Source: Methanocorpusculum sp.
GTDB lineage: Archaea; Halobacteriota; Methanomicrobia; Methanomicrobiales; Methanocorpusculaceae
Assembly: GCA_030539655.1 (NCBI GenBank)
Contig: JAUNXT010000002.1
Location: 372 to 64,371, forward strand
DNA length: 64,000 nt
Direction: 5' to 3'
Positions 37,825-47,950 of the stretch are shown here, piece after piece (position 1 is the first letter of the stretch; the number at the start of each line of letters is the position of its first letter). Under the pieces are notes generated by a model, which ran no database searches, was not told the origin of the DNA, and saw only the letters and a program-made list of their open reading frames with translations. A program made the translations under genes and the position numbers.

Positions 37825-38679
37825 CTACTCCCCGAGATAGCGCAGCAGTTCGCCGCATCTTTTATCAAAATCGGCAATACCTGTCTCATAGAGTTTCGTA
37901 AGAGGAACCGGGTCAACCGTATCTCTTGACACGCCCGTGTTTTCAGGCGGCGCAAACACAAAAATACGTCCGGCACGTTCCAGCTCATATACACGGGATA
38001 AACACTCGCGATACCTGAGATATCGCGTATCAACCATCTCTGCCGTCTTCGGGTGCTTCCTGAGAAACAGATGATAGGCAAACTTAAAACTCTGCGGCTG
38101 GCGGATAAAACTCCGCGGATTTTCCAGAATCACAACCACCTTATCACAACCGTCGGATAAGGCCTTATCAACCGGAATTGAGTCAGCAACACCCCCGTCA
38201 TAGTACGTGTGCCCGTCGAGATGAATCGGTTTACAGAGAACGGGAATCGCACACCCCGCCATAATCGCCCGGTAGTCATTTCTCGGCATCTCGGTCTTTG
38301 AAAAGTACCTGGCCTCTCCCGTATCCGCATCCGTTGCCGTAATGAAAAACTCCGCAGGGCTTTTCATCACAGCATCATAGTCAAGCGGGTCTTTTCCCCC
38401 TTCATTGGTTAAATCGCCGTAGATATACGGGAGATTGAAATAATTTCCATGGAACAAAAACTGCTTTACCCCGCAGTATTTGGGATCCTTCGGATGCTCA
38501 ACATAATATCTGAGGTTTCTCCCGCGCTGCCCTGCGACAAACGAAGCGGTGTTTGCAGCACCTGCGGACACCCCGATGCACTCATCAAAGGTCAGCCCCT
38601 CATCAATGAACCGGTCAAGAATGCCTGCACTGTACACACATTTCATCCCGCCCCCTTCAACAACAAGTCCTGTCTTCAT
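37825..38679 (-). CDS. Patatin-like phospholipase
   Basis: VEGGGMK, GVSAG, DGG motifs. Confidence 0.9.
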   Translation of the reverse strand: MKTGLVVEGGGMKCVYSAGILDRFIDEGLTFDECIGVSAGAANTASFVAGQRGRNLRYYVEHPKDPKYCGVKQFLFHGNYFNLPYIYGDLTNEGGKDPLDYDAVMKSPAEFFITATDADTGEARYFSKTEMPRNDYRAIMAGCAIPVLCKPIHLDGHTYYDGGVADSIPVDKALSDGCDKVVVILENPRSFIRQPQSFKFAYHLFLRKHPKTAEMVDTRYLRYRECLSRVYELERAGRIFVFAPPENTGVSRDTVDPVPLTKLYETGIADFDKRCGELLRYLGE

Positions 38680-38704
38680 GAACAAACCTCAGAGAAAAAA
38701 TGAG

Positions 38705-39370
38705 TTATAATTTCGACACAAGGTCGCGCAGCACTACTTCAGGGTCCTTTGCCTTTACAACACCGGACGCAAGAAGCACACCGTCTGCTCCCAGGTCGAC
38801 CGCGGTCCGCACACACTCCCCTGTCTGAATGCCTGCCCCGCAAAGCACCTTCACATCTTTATTAACGGAATGCACCATCTCTACAGACGTTCTGATAATA
38901 TCAGGATCAGCCTTTGCAACAGAAATGCCGGAGCCGATGAGTTCCGGCGGCTCGACAGCCACATAGTCCGGTGCAAACGCAGCAGCAGCAGCAGAGACCG
39001 CCGCGTTATTCGTGCAGACAACAGACTCCAGATGATTAAACCGTGCAGCAGATACGCATGCCTCGATATCCGCAATCGTAAGACGGCGCTCCGAGTGATT
39101 GATAAGAGTCCCCGTACATCCCGCAGCCCGGATGGTAAATGCAGGAATGTGCCCGGTAAATGCCCCTTCGACCGCATCGATGTGCTGCGCAAAGACAGGG
39201 ACCTCATAATGCTTACAGAACGGATGAAGCTCCACAAACTGCGGGGCAATACCCACCCGTACTCCGGACTCACGCATCACAATCTCCGCCGCCTCTGCGA
39301 TGCGCCCTGCGTTGTTTCCGGCACCTTCACGATATGACTTGAAGTTAATCAGGATAAATGGAGATGTCAT
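38705..39370 (-). CDS. tpiA: Triosephosphate isomerase (archaeal type)
   Basis: [21 protein letters not shown]. Confidence 0.95.
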   Translation of the reverse strand: MTSPFILINFKSYREGAGNNAGRIAEAAEIVMRESGVRVGIAPQFVELHPFCKHYEVPVFAQHIDAVEGAFTGHIPAFTIRAAGCTGTLINHSERRLTIADIEACVSAARFNHLESVVCTNNAAVSAAAAAFAPDYVAVEPPELIGSGISVAKADPDIIRTSVEMVHSVNKDVKVLCGAGIQTGECVRTAVDLGADGVLLASGVVKAKDPEVVLRDLVSKL

Positions 39371-39383
39371 AGCCTCCTCCGGA

Positions 39384-39908
39384 TTATTTTCTCTTCACCT
39401 GAAGCACATCGCCTAAGGTCGTTGCAGCAACTCCTCCCGCTCTTGCATTCGAGGCGGCATCCCCGGTATCAAGGAGAGTGATTCCAAGCTCCTTTTCCAG
39501 CTTCTCACGCTCATCATCAGTAGGCGCACGCTCTCCGCGTTCAAGCTTTTTAATATCAATCTCCTGCATCTTTAAGATGAAGGCGAGGTCGTTTTGAGTG
39601 TAGCCTTTTGCCTGACGGGCCGCGGCAATCCGCTTTGAGTAATCTTCGACAACGTCTCCTTCAATATCATCGAAAACATCGCGGCGTCTCTGCGCTCCGG
39701 CAGTTGGTGTCCTTGGCGCGGAACGCGGCACCGGTGCTGCAATATAGTCCTTGCCGTAGGTTGTTCTCGGGGCCTTTGGCGCCTGAACCACGGTTCCGAG
39801 TTTGGCGCATTTGTCGCAAACCTTCATCGGCTTTGCCCCTTCAATCCTCACCAGTTTTGCTTTGCCGGAGAGTGGCGCTCCGCATAATTCACAGTATTCT
39901 GTCTGCAT
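39384..39908 (-). CDS. Archaeal multiprotein bridging factor aMBF1
   Basis: CELCG...VCDKC Zn ribbon, HTH, TLGDV tail. Confidence 0.9.
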   Translation of the reverse strand: MQTEYCELCGAPLSGKAKLVRIEGAKPMKVCDKCAKLGTVVQAPKAPRTTYGKDYIAAPVPRSAPRTPTAGAQRRRDVFDDIEGDVVEDYSKRIAAARQAKGYTQNDLAFILKMQEIDIKKLERGERAPTDDEREKLEKELGITLLDTGDAASNARAGGVAATTLGDVLQVKRK

Positions 39909-40087
39909 AGCTATCTGTACTTATTTGTTCGATGTAGTATACGTTAATGCTTTTGTTTGGAGGCATGGATTTGTAACAATCGCGGAGGCAGGAACAAACT
40001 GTTAAAACCCATCTCATCTCCTATAAGTAAATATAGATAAAACAACAAAATAATACACGCAAATACGAATCCCGAAGGGATACATCT

Positions 40088-40603
40088 ATGCAGAAATATA
40101 TCCGTACAACATTAAAACTTGAACTCCAGGACAAACCGGGGCAGCTCCTTACCGCGATTAAACCAATCTCGGAAAGCGGAGCAAACATCATAACCATCTC
40201 ACACCAGAGAGATGAGGAAAACCCGGGCTCGGACCTGATAGTCGATATTGTCATATCCTTACAGGAGTCAGCGCTTCCCAAACTGCTCGACTCACTCAAA
40301 GCACAAAACATTGACGTCACCCGTATCGGTATCGAACGGCTGATGTGCATGAAGACCTTTATCCTTATCGGCCACATTCTGCACACCGATTTAACCGATA
40401 CCGTAAACCGCATCGACAAAAAGGATATCACAGAGGTCACCGAACTCCACATAATAATGCCGAAACTCGATGAACCATCAACCGCGAAGCTGACCATAAA
40501 AGCGGTCAATGAAGCCGAAATGGACCATGCAATCGAAAAACTCGAGAAGATTGCCGTGGAAAAACAACTGATGATCATTGACGAAATAGGAGGCAGACTA
40601 TGA
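40088..40603 (+). CDS. ACT-domain protein (homoserine dehydrogenase partner)
   Basis: LELQDKPGQL, GANIITISH, LIGHILHTD; overlaps the hom start. Confidence 0.85.
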   Translation: MQKYIRTTLKLELQDKPGQLLTAIKPISESGANIITISHQRDEENPGSDLIVDIVISLQESALPKLLDSLKAQNIDVTRIGIERLMCMKTFILIGHILHTDLTDTVNRIDKKDITEVTELHIIMPKLDEPSTAKLTIKAVNEAEMDHAIEKLEKIAVEKQLMIIDEIGGRL

Positions 40604-41580
40604 TGAAAATTGCCTTAATCGGAATCGGCTCTGTAGGCCGCGGCGTAGGCGAAGTGCTGAAAAACGATGAGCGGTTTAAAATCGTTGCAGCAGCAGACTC
40701 CAAAAGCGGCATGGTAAATCCTGAGGGTATTGACTTTGATACACTCATGGCGGCAAAGAAAAAGACCGGACGCTGCGGCACAACCGACTGGACTGCATTC
40801 AGAATCGCGGCAGAGGTTGACTATGACACCCTGGTCGAGGTAACACCCACCAATGCGGAGACGGGGGAGCCTGCCCTATCCACCATAAAGATTGCATTAT
40901 CCCGCGGAAAGCATGTTGTAACCTCCAACAAGGGGCCGATATCCCTTGCCTACCGCGACTTAAAGGCACTTGCAAAGGAAAACAACGCGGATATCCGGTT
41001 CGAAGGAACAGTTGCAGGAGCAGTCCCGATTATCAACGGAATGAAAAACGGACTTGCCGGAAACCCGGTCAAAGCACTCTTTGGTGTATTAAACGGTACC
41101 TGTAACTACATCTTATCCAGAATGGAGGAGGAGGGGCTTACCTACCAGCAGGCGCTCGCAGAGGCACGCGACCTCGGATATGCCGAAGCTGACCCCACAT
41201 ACGATGTAAACGGAACGGATGCCGCAATCAAACTGGTAATTCTCGCAAACTCCGTTCTCGGGATGAATGTCACCTTAAAAGATGTGCAGCGCACCGGAAT
41301 TGACCGGATAACCCCCGAGGCAATCAAAATGGCGCACACAACAGGACACACCATCCGGCTGATTGCGTCGCTCTATCCTGACAAAAAAGACCTTGAAGTG
41401 TCCCCGCGTCTCCTGCCCGAAGATGATCCGCTGGTATTCTCCGAGACGCTGAATGCTATTACGGTTGAAACCGAATACGCAGGAGCTATCACCTTCATCG
41501 GCGCAGGTGCAGGATCTGTTGAAACCGCCTCGGCAATTCTTTCAGATCTAGTGTTTATCCTCAAAAAGTATGGCCTCTAA
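40600..41580 (+). CDS. hom: Homoserine dehydrogenase
   Basis: GIGSVG, VVTSNKG, NGTCNYIL, GYAEADPT.D, GAG..ETA. Confidence 0.95.
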   Translation: MMKIALIGIGSVGRGVGEVLKNDERFKIVAAADSKSGMVNPEGIDFDTLMAAKKKTGRCGTTDWTAFRIAAEVDYDTLVEVTPTNAETGEPALSTIKIALSRGKHVVTSNKGPISLAYRDLKALAKENNADIRFEGTVAGAVPIINGMKNGLAGNPVKALFGVLNGTCNYILSRMEEEGLTYQQALAEARDLGYAEADPTYDVNGTDAAIKLVILANSVLGMNVTLKDVQRTGIDRITPEAIKMAHTTGHTIRLIASLYPDKKDLEVSPRLLPEDDPLVFSETLNAITVETEYAGAITFIGAGAGSVETASAILSDLVFILKKYGL

Positions 41581-42751
41581 GGAAGCTTCACGGAAAGGGG
41601 CTGAATCAGGCGGTGTTCTCCGCCGCCGCACTATTTTTCTGCAGACGATGCGGAAAAAGACATTTGAGTCCGGCTATTTTACAACGGCAGAGATAGCAGA
41701 AGAAGAGCATCTTCCACGTTCCACCGCCCAGGACTGGATAAACCGGCTGGTAAATGAAGGATGTATCTTTGTAAAAGAAGAGCAGCATGGAAGGTCTCCC
41801 GCACATTATGCAGCACGAAGTGCCCTTCCAAAAACCACCTGCAGAAGAATTTTTACAACCGCAGCAGACGGATATACAGAGATTTTTCATGAATGTATGT
41901 CAAGCGGATGTGCCGGATTCTGCGAGTTTCATCACCGGCGCGCCGGAGGTGCTGCGGTTTCTGTCTCGCGTGACGGGTTAATCTTTCGCGAGACGGCAAA
42001 ACTGAGCGCAGAAGGAGAAGAACACCCGCTATCACTTGACCAGGCGGCAGTGGGTCTTTCTTCGGTCCGGCTCGAAGGAGAGGAAATTGTCCAGACCATC
42101 CGTTCAATCTACGGCGGTGCTGCCTACTCGCTTTCTTCAATGATGGGATATGCAAAAGGGGTAGAAGGGGTTGAGGTCACAGCAGGTGACGGGTTTGTCA
42201 CCGGAAAGGTCAGAACAAAGGCACTGATACCCGTGACTGTGGGAATTGATGATACTGACAGGAAAGGTTGCGGAGGAGCCACATTTGCTCTGGCGAATGC
42301 ACTTTTTAAGTATCTGACTGAGTCGCATACAGCCATCGGCATCAGACATCAGGTAGCAGCGCTCTGTCCGGACATCCCGGAGATGACCGCCGGAAACTCC
42401 TGCAGTTTCTTAGAGCTTGCTGTCCCGAGGGAAAATATGCCCGCACTCAGCCGGAAGATATGCAGATTTGTGGATGATGAAAGTGTCTCCGAAAACTGGG
42501 GGGTTGCGGTTATGACCGGTATTTTCGTGCCCGAAAGAATGGAAGCGCTTGCCGCAAAAATCAGACGCGAGAGAGTATCCTGTGAGGAGGTACAGGAAAC
42601 TGCCCGTGCTTCCGGAATTGAGGTGTTCGGGAAACGCGGAATAATAGGAGCCGCAGCAGCCGTTGCTCTGAAGAATCAGCCGCAGGAGGTCCTGCTTGAT
42701 GCAGGCGCGGAGATGGCAAAAGACAGCAGGCGGGATGCCGGAAAAACATAA
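41570..42751 (+). CDS. HTH domain fused to a methanogenesis-marker-11/TiaS-N-like domain
   Basis: N-terminal TAEIAE..PRSTAQDWINRL HTH; GIDDTD..GATF, T.GN and GIIGA motifs. Confidence 0.7.
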   Translation: MASKEASRKGAESGGVLRRRTIFLQTMRKKTFESGYFTTAEIAEEEHLPRSTAQDWINRLVNEGCIFVKEEQHGRSPAHYAARSALPKTTCRRIFTTAADGYTEIFHECMSSGCAGFCEFHHRRAGGAAVSVSRDGLIFRETAKLSAEGEEHPLSLDQAAVGLSSVRLEGEEIVQTIRSIYGGAAYSLSSMMGYAKGVEGVEVTAGDGFVTGKVRTKALIPVTVGIDDTDRKGCGGATFALANALFKYLTESHTAIGIRHQVAALCPDIPEMTAGNSCSFLELAVPRENMPALSRKICRFVDDESVSENWGVAVMTGIFVPERMEALAAKIRRERVSCEEVQETARASGIEVFGKRGIIGAAAAVALKNQPQEVLLDAGAEMAKDSRRDAGKT

Positions 42752-42833
42752 CATGCCCCTGTCAGGATGTTGCAGTCCGCAAAACAGACCATCCGCAGGT
42801 ATTTTATCCGATAAAAACCCACCACTATAAGTC

Positions 42834-43457
42834 ATGTCCCGCCGCCAGATTAAAATCCCGCCGATGCTCTCGGCAACAATAAACATGGGCCTCTCCGCAC
42901 TCGACGGGGCCCTATTCAAGGACATAGGAAAATGTCCGTACTGCGGCGGAAAACCGATGCCCTATGACACGAAAGAAAAGCAGTATGCGACACTGATAAC
43001 AAACGGGGAAAAACGGGCAGTCACCGTAAGAGTCCGCCGTTTCATCTGCCGCGACTGCGGAAAACTTCTCTATGCAGATGAACCATTCTACCCGGACACA
43101 CGTGTCGGGTCCGCAGTCATTGACCTGGCTCTCGCCCTTTCACTGAAAAACAGTTTTTCCCACGCGGCAGTTGTTATGGAAGCTCTCGGGATAGAGATCA
43201 GCCGCGGGACAGTCAGAAACTATGCGCTCTCAAATCTTCCGGTAGGCGAAATCAGTATGATGTACGGGCTTCCCATGCCGTACTCTTTTATCAATATGAT
43301 AGGACGCGGAATATCAGCAGCCGGTATCAACACGGAAGAGATTCTGAAAGCAAGCGGATATCCTTCACGCTATCAGGCCCCGCCTGACGGCTTCGGAACT
43401 GCACAAAACTACTTCCTCGCGAGAAGCGAAATGAAAAAATCCAGGGAAAAAACCTGA
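42834..43457 (+). CDS. Zn-ribbon plus HTH protein (transposase N-terminus-like)
   Basis: CPYCG...RRFICRDCG; ISRGTVRNY helix. Confidence 0.65.
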   Translation: MSRRQIKIPPMLSATINMGLSALDGALFKDIGKCPYCGGKPMPYDTKEKQYATLITNGEKRAVTVRVRRFICRDCGKLLYADEPFYPDTRVGSAVIDLALALSLKNSFSHAAVVMEALGIEISRGTVRNYALSNLPVGEISMMYGLPMPYSFINMIGRGISAAGINTEEILKASGYPSRYQAPPDGFGTAQNYFLARSEMKKSREKT

Positions 43458-43497
43458 TATCCGGATGGATCCGGCATCCGGAAAAAAGAGAGCTCAA

Positions 43498-43908
43498 TCA
43501 GTCGATACAGTTTTCCGCAGCCCAGCATCTGGCACGTTCAAGGACCTCCCCTCCGCTGAATACGGCAAGTATTTTTTCCCCGTCTGATACTTCGATAACG
43601 AACCTCTGACGGCTTCTATCATAGATGAATATGAGCTTCGAATCGGGATTCGATTCAAGTACAATCCCTTTTTTCAGTTGATAGGCGGGATGGAGAAGCA
43701 GTAAATCATAGAGTGCCTCGTCAGGGACCTCATTGAACGCATAGATATAGGCCTGCACCGCATTTGTCAGATTCGAGGTAAGTAACGCATGGGCAGTATC
43801 TTCCGGAAGCTCCCGGAGAAGCTCTGCCATTTTTTCATCATCATCTCCGGACTGCTCGTACAAAGAGTCCGCGAGGCCCGAGAGTTCACTTTCCGTGGTT
43901 GAAAACAT
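43498..43908 (-). CDS. Hypothetical protein
   Basis: 136-aa ORF filling the gap with normal protein composition; no motif recognised. Confidence 0.6.
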   Translation of the reverse strand: MFSTTESELSGLADSLYEQSGDDDEKMAELLRELPEDTAHALLTSNLTNAVQAYIYAFNEVPDEALYDLLLLHPAYQLKKGIVLESNPDSKLIFIYDRSRQRFVIEVSDGEKILAVFSGGEVLERARCWAAENCID

Positions 43909-44188
43909 ATCTATAGGATTTGCGGTGATGAGAGATTAAGGATGCGGATGTGTATCCGGATGTTTTCAGATGAACTCTGTCGCCAGTTGGGACACCGTTG
44001 TATGCCCCCCGCACGATTACTGCCAATTACCTCTGGAAATCCCCAATTCAGACCGATTTCGATTATTTTGGAGTTCAACTCCGATTTATGCAGACGGTAT
44101 TAACGTTCAGGGACATGATACAATACAGAAAAACACCCAAAGGCATCATGTAAGTATCCTTATATCGGCCCCGCGCCAATCTGTAAAC

Positions 44189-44473
44189 ATGAACGATGAA
44201 GATACCGACTGGAAAATCTACCATCTGATACCGGATGAGGGAATTGCCTTCGATGAACTCATCAAAGTATCCGGGATGACAAAAGAGACTGTGCTTGCAT
44301 CAGCTGCGCGTCTTGAAAAAATCCTGCTCGTCCATACAGCAGATGACAGAGTATGCCCCGTATCAGTCAACGACTTCCTGATATCAGAGACTCTGTGCGG
44401 CGGAGGCGGAGCAGAAAAAGAGGATGACCTTGGAATCTACATCGAAAACGGCGTAATCAAAGTGAGAAAATGA
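44189..44473 (+). CDS. Small winged-HTH-like protein
   Basis: DWKIYH..FDEL..SAARLE..IENGVIK; overlaps the trm56 start; start trimmed. Confidence 0.65.
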   Translation: MNDEDTDWKIYHLIPDEGIAFDELIKVSGMTKETVLASAARLEKILLVHTADDRVCPVSVNDFLISETLCGGGGAEKEDDLGIYIENGVIKVRK

Positions 44474-45018
44474 ACTTAAAACCAGTATCCTATATTTTAA
44501 GAATCGGACACCGCCCGGAACGTGACCAGCGTGTCACAACCCACGTGGGACTCTCATCGCGTGCTCTTGGCGCATCCGGGATGTATCTCGCAGCAGACGA
44601 TCAGAAAGTAGCAGACAGCATCTGCGACGTTGCGCAGCGCTTCGGAGGGGATTACTTCTGCGAAAACAATGTCAAATGGAAGTCATTCATTAGAAAATTC
44701 AAAGCGGACGGAGGGAAAGTCGTCCATCTGACAATGTACGGCCTGCGTCTTCAGGACACCATTCCCGACATCAGAAAAGAAGAGAAACTTCTGGTCGTCG
44801 TCGGCGCCGAAAAAGTACCCGGAGAAATGTACGAACTTGCCGACTATAATGTCGCCGTTGCAAACCAGCCGCACTCGGAAATCTCCGCACTTGCGTTATT
44901 CCTTGACCACTTATATGAGGGGCGCGAACTTGAACTCTCGTTTGACAACCCTGACATCGAAGTAATTCCGACAAAGGTCGGAAAAACCACCATTAAGCAC
45001 GGACCTTCCCATGAGTAA
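44470..45018 (+). CDS. trm56: tRNA (cytidine(56)-2'-O)-methyltransferase
   Basis: [36 protein letters not shown]. Confidence 0.95.
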   Translation: MNLKPVSYILRIGHRPERDQRVTTHVGLSSRALGASGMYLAADDQKVADSICDVAQRFGGDYFCENNVKWKSFIRKFKADGGKVVHLTMYGLRLQDTIPDIRKEEKLLVVVGAEKVPGEMYELADYNVAVANQPHSEISALALFLDHLYEGRELELSFDNPDIEVIPTKVGKTTIKHGPSHE

Positions 45019-46105
45019 CCAGGAATCTGGTAAATCAGTTCTTGTCGCAGGATATACCACACGTCATGTTGCAACATCGGCAGCTGCTGCCGGCTACACT
45101 GTTTACGCTGCAGACCACTTCTGCGACCAGGACCTTCTTTGCTGCACCGCGGACCATCGGGCATTCGATGAGCTCGAGGAGCTCCCGTTCGCAGCAGAGG
45201 AGCTAATCTCCCGCTACCATCCGGATTATGTGGTAACAACATCGGGAGCAGAACTGCTTGAATTCGAGGAACGCCTCGGAACAGCTCCATCTGCCGCGCA
45301 GAAATTCATGAACAAGGCATTAACGCAGGAGTTCTTCGAACGGATTGGTGTTCCGGTTCCGAAACTCGCAAAACCAGGTGTGTATCCGGCGATGGCAAAA
45401 ACAACCGGAGGGGCAGGGGGATGGAGAAACGCAATTGTCAGATCGGATGAGGAGCTTGCCGCATGGTGTGAGTTTGTCGAAGGAGACCCATATATCCTGC
45501 AGGAGGTAATCGAAGGGTTGCCGGCATCCGTCTGCTGTCTGGTAACACCGTCGGGAGAGGCGTGTGTACTTGCGGCAAACCAGCAGATTCTGCGCGGCGG
45601 AGAACTTTATCCTTATGCATTCACAGGTTCAGTCACCCCGTGCATCCATCCGCTGGTACCGCGGATGAAGGAGCTCGGAAAGAAAATAGCCGAAGCATCC
45701 GGATGCATCGGGTGTATCGGCATTGATTTTGTTCTGGGAGATAAAGAGGCATATGCAATCGAAGTAAATCCGCGGTTTCAGGGAACACTTGAAACGGTTG
45801 AGCGCGCGCTGGGACAAAATCTGTTCACACTGCATAAAAATGCCTGCGAAGGGGCACTCCCGGAACACATCCCGGAGATTACATCATTTTCAGTACGAAA
45901 AATACTTGTCGCGCCTGAAGATCTGACCGTGAAAAAAGACCTGCTGCCTCTTGCGGAGTTTATCACAGATATTCCGCATCCAGGGCTTTTTTTTGAAAAA
46001 GGAGAGGTAATCTGTTCTGTTACCGGCCGCGGGAAGACACTTGATGCCGCATACGCATCTCTGGATAAAAATATTAAGATAGCAGTCCAATATATACAAC
46101 AATGA
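45011..46105 (+). CDS. ATP-grasp domain protein
   Basis: [31 protein letters not shown]. Confidence 0.85.
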   Translation: MSNQESGKSVLVAGYTTRHVATSAAAAGYTVYAADHFCDQDLLCCTADHRAFDELEELPFAAEELISRYHPDYVVTTSGAELLEFEERLGTAPSAAQKFMNKALTQEFFERIGVPVPKLAKPGVYPAMAKTTGGAGGWRNAIVRSDEELAAWCEFVEGDPYILQEVIEGLPASVCCLVTPSGEACVLAANQQILRGGELYPYAFTGSVTPCIHPLVPRMKELGKKIAEASGCIGCIGIDFVLGDKEAYAIEVNPRFQGTLETVERALGQNLFTLHKNACEGALPEHIPEITSFSVRKILVAPEDLTVKKDLLPLAEFITDIPHPGLFFEKGEVICSVTGRGKTLDAAYASLDKNIKIAVQYIQQ

Positions 46106-46623
46106 GTTCATTGAAGCCAAAAGATCTGAAAAATCCCGCAATCCGTCAATATCTTCTAAAACTTGTCGGGGAGGAGGGAATTGATCTGATAAAACAGTTC
46201 CCTAAGGAGGAGAAAAGCGATGAGGAGATTGCAGAGATAACAGGCATCAATTTAAATTCCGTCCGCCATACACTCTATATTCTCTACGAAAAACGTCTTG
46301 CTGAATACCGCAGAATCAAGGATAACGAGACAGGATGGCTTACCTACCTCTGGGTATTAAAGATGGAAAATATCAGCCAGACAATAAAAGAGGAGATGGC
46401 CTTTGCCTCTGAAAAACTTTCTGCCCGGCTCAAATTCGACCGGAACAACGATTTCTACCAGTGCGGAGCATGCGGAAAGACAATGACGTTTAATGAGGCA
46501 ATATCTTTGAACTTTATCTGCCCGGAATGCGGGGAAAATATGTCCCACTTTGATAATGAGCTCCTCTTAAAAGCGCTCGAAAAGCGCATTGACAAAATGA
46601 ACCGTGTTCTTTCAAAGGACTAA
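46102..46623 (+). CDS. tfe: Transcription factor E alpha
   Basis: DEEIAE wHTH, GWLTYLW, C..C/CPECG Zn ribbon. Confidence 0.93.
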   Translation: MSSLKPKDLKNPAIRQYLLKLVGEEGIDLIKQFPKEEKSDEEIAEITGINLNSVRHTLYILYEKRLAEYRRIKDNETGWLTYLWVLKMENISQTIKEEMAFASEKLSARLKFDRNNDFYQCGACGKTMTFNEAISLNFICPECGENMSHFDNELLLKALEKRIDKMNRVLSKD

Positions 46624-46629
46624 CTCTTC

Positions 46630-47106
46630 ATGGATGAAGAGACTCTTCTTTTTTCCGCCGGATGTGATGCAGGTGTTGTTGCTCACTGCCGAAAAACGGC
46701 AGTAATTGCAGACCGGTATCGTGGAATCGGAGTTGATGCCGGACTTGTGCATTCCGGTGCTTTTCTCCATGACCTTGGCCGCTCAAAAACCCACTCTATC
46801 CGTCACGCAGGAGAAGGAGCGGCGCTTGCCGAAAAACTTGGCCTTTCAGATGAAATCCGTGACATCATTCAGAATCACACAGGAGCCGGCCTCTCTGAGG
46901 ACGACTGTGTCCTCTTAAACCTCCCACCGAAAAACTGCGTCCCGAAAACAATCGAGGAAAAAATTGTAGCACACGCAGACAATCTTGCAAAGGGTTCACG
47001 CGAAATCCGTATCGAAGAGAGGATGATGCTGATAGCAGGGCAGTCGCACCGCTCGAAGAAAAACGTCTGGCGCCTTTCGATGGAGCTGGAGCTTCTCAGA
47101 GAGTGA
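46630..47106 (+). CDS. HD-domain phosphohydrolase
   Basis: AHC, LHDLGR, H.GAG, EEKIVAHADN. Confidence 0.85.
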   Translation: MDEETLLFSAGCDAGVVAHCRKTAVIADRYRGIGVDAGLVHSGAFLHDLGRSKTHSIRHAGEGAALAEKLGLSDEIRDIIQNHTGAGLSEDDCVLLNLPPKNCVPKTIEEKIVAHADNLAKGSREIRIEERMMLIAGQSHRSKKNVWRLSMELELLRE

Positions 47107-47221
47107 CAGGGTATACTCTGTATTGCTGAGTGCAGAAGTCTGCCATTCCACTCCTCGTACCCGTCATTCATCTGCAGTGAAGCTAAGAGAAATTATTATA
47201 TCATTTGAAGATGAATAATAA

Positions 47222-47330
47222 GCAGAGGCAAACGCTGTATTCTTCCAAACCCCTTGGATTAGCAGCCCCTGATTCCGGATGCCTGCCGCAGCCGGACCAG
47301 GGTGTCTCACCTACCCTGTTCTTTTGTTTT
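47222..47330 (+). ncRNA. Candidate three-hairpin small RNA or nikR leader
   Basis: TATA-like TTATTATA at 47193-47200; hairpins at 47234-47266, 47274-47296 and 47298-47318; U-rich tail. Confidence 0.45.
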
Positions 47331-47440
47331 GGTATTGTTTTGTTATATCTGACCAATGATGATAAAAGTATGCACAAATGTCTCTCTTCTTCATAATCTG
47401 TAACAACACTAATATAGGATAATGACATATATTCAACTAC

Positions 47441-47857
47441 ATGGTAAATGAATCCGACTTATCCCGTATAGGTGTCTCCCTGCCGGAAAACCTGCTCTCA
47501 AAGTTCGACTCCATCATAAACAAGCGCGGTTACTCCTCCCGATCAGAAGGAATACGCGACGCAATCCGTTCCTACATCACCTACTATGAATGGATGAATG
47601 ATGTCGAAGGGCAAAGACAGGGGGTCATCACTATGGTCTATGACCATGACCAGCGCGGCCTCCTCGAAGCAGTGACCGAGATTCAGCACGAAAACCGCGA
47701 TATCATCCAGTCGTCAATTCATTCACATCTGACCGATGACCGCTGTATGGAGGTTGTCATGGTCAGAGGTGAGGGAGCACAGCTTCGCACACTTGCCGAG
47801 CATCTCATGGCACTGAAGGGTGTTGAGTCCGTAAAACTGACGACGATTAAAATATAA
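47441..47857 (+). CDS. nikR: Nickel-responsive regulator
   Basis: RIGVSL, YSSRSEGIRD RHH domain; YDH, QH, HSH..C nickel ligands. Confidence 0.95.
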   Translation: MVNESDLSRIGVSLPENLLSKFDSIINKRGYSSRSEGIRDAIRSYITYYEWMNDVEGQRQGVITMVYDHDQRGLLEAVTEIQHENRDIIQSSIHSHLTDDRCMEVVMVRGEGAQLRTLAEHLMALKGVESVKLTTIKI

Positions 47858-47916
47858 TCAGGGACAATTCAGAAGCTGCGCATCCGTCCGTGGCATCAAA
47901 GTACCCGGCAAAAAAA

Positions 47917-47948
47917 GAACGGGTGGTTCCCGTTCATTCTGTTTTTTC
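47917..47948. terminator. Hairpin terminator between convergent nikR and thiC
   Basis: GAACGGG-TGGTT-CCCGTTC flanked by A and T tracts. Confidence 0.6.
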
Positions 47949-47950
47949 GT

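Noticed and set aside
47221-47330. Direct call as a NiCo riboswitch (GCAGCCGGAC segment) or as the 63-aa/75-aa ORFs
   Set aside because: The rest of the four-way junction consensus is not evident, and the ORFs lack an RBS and gene-like composition.
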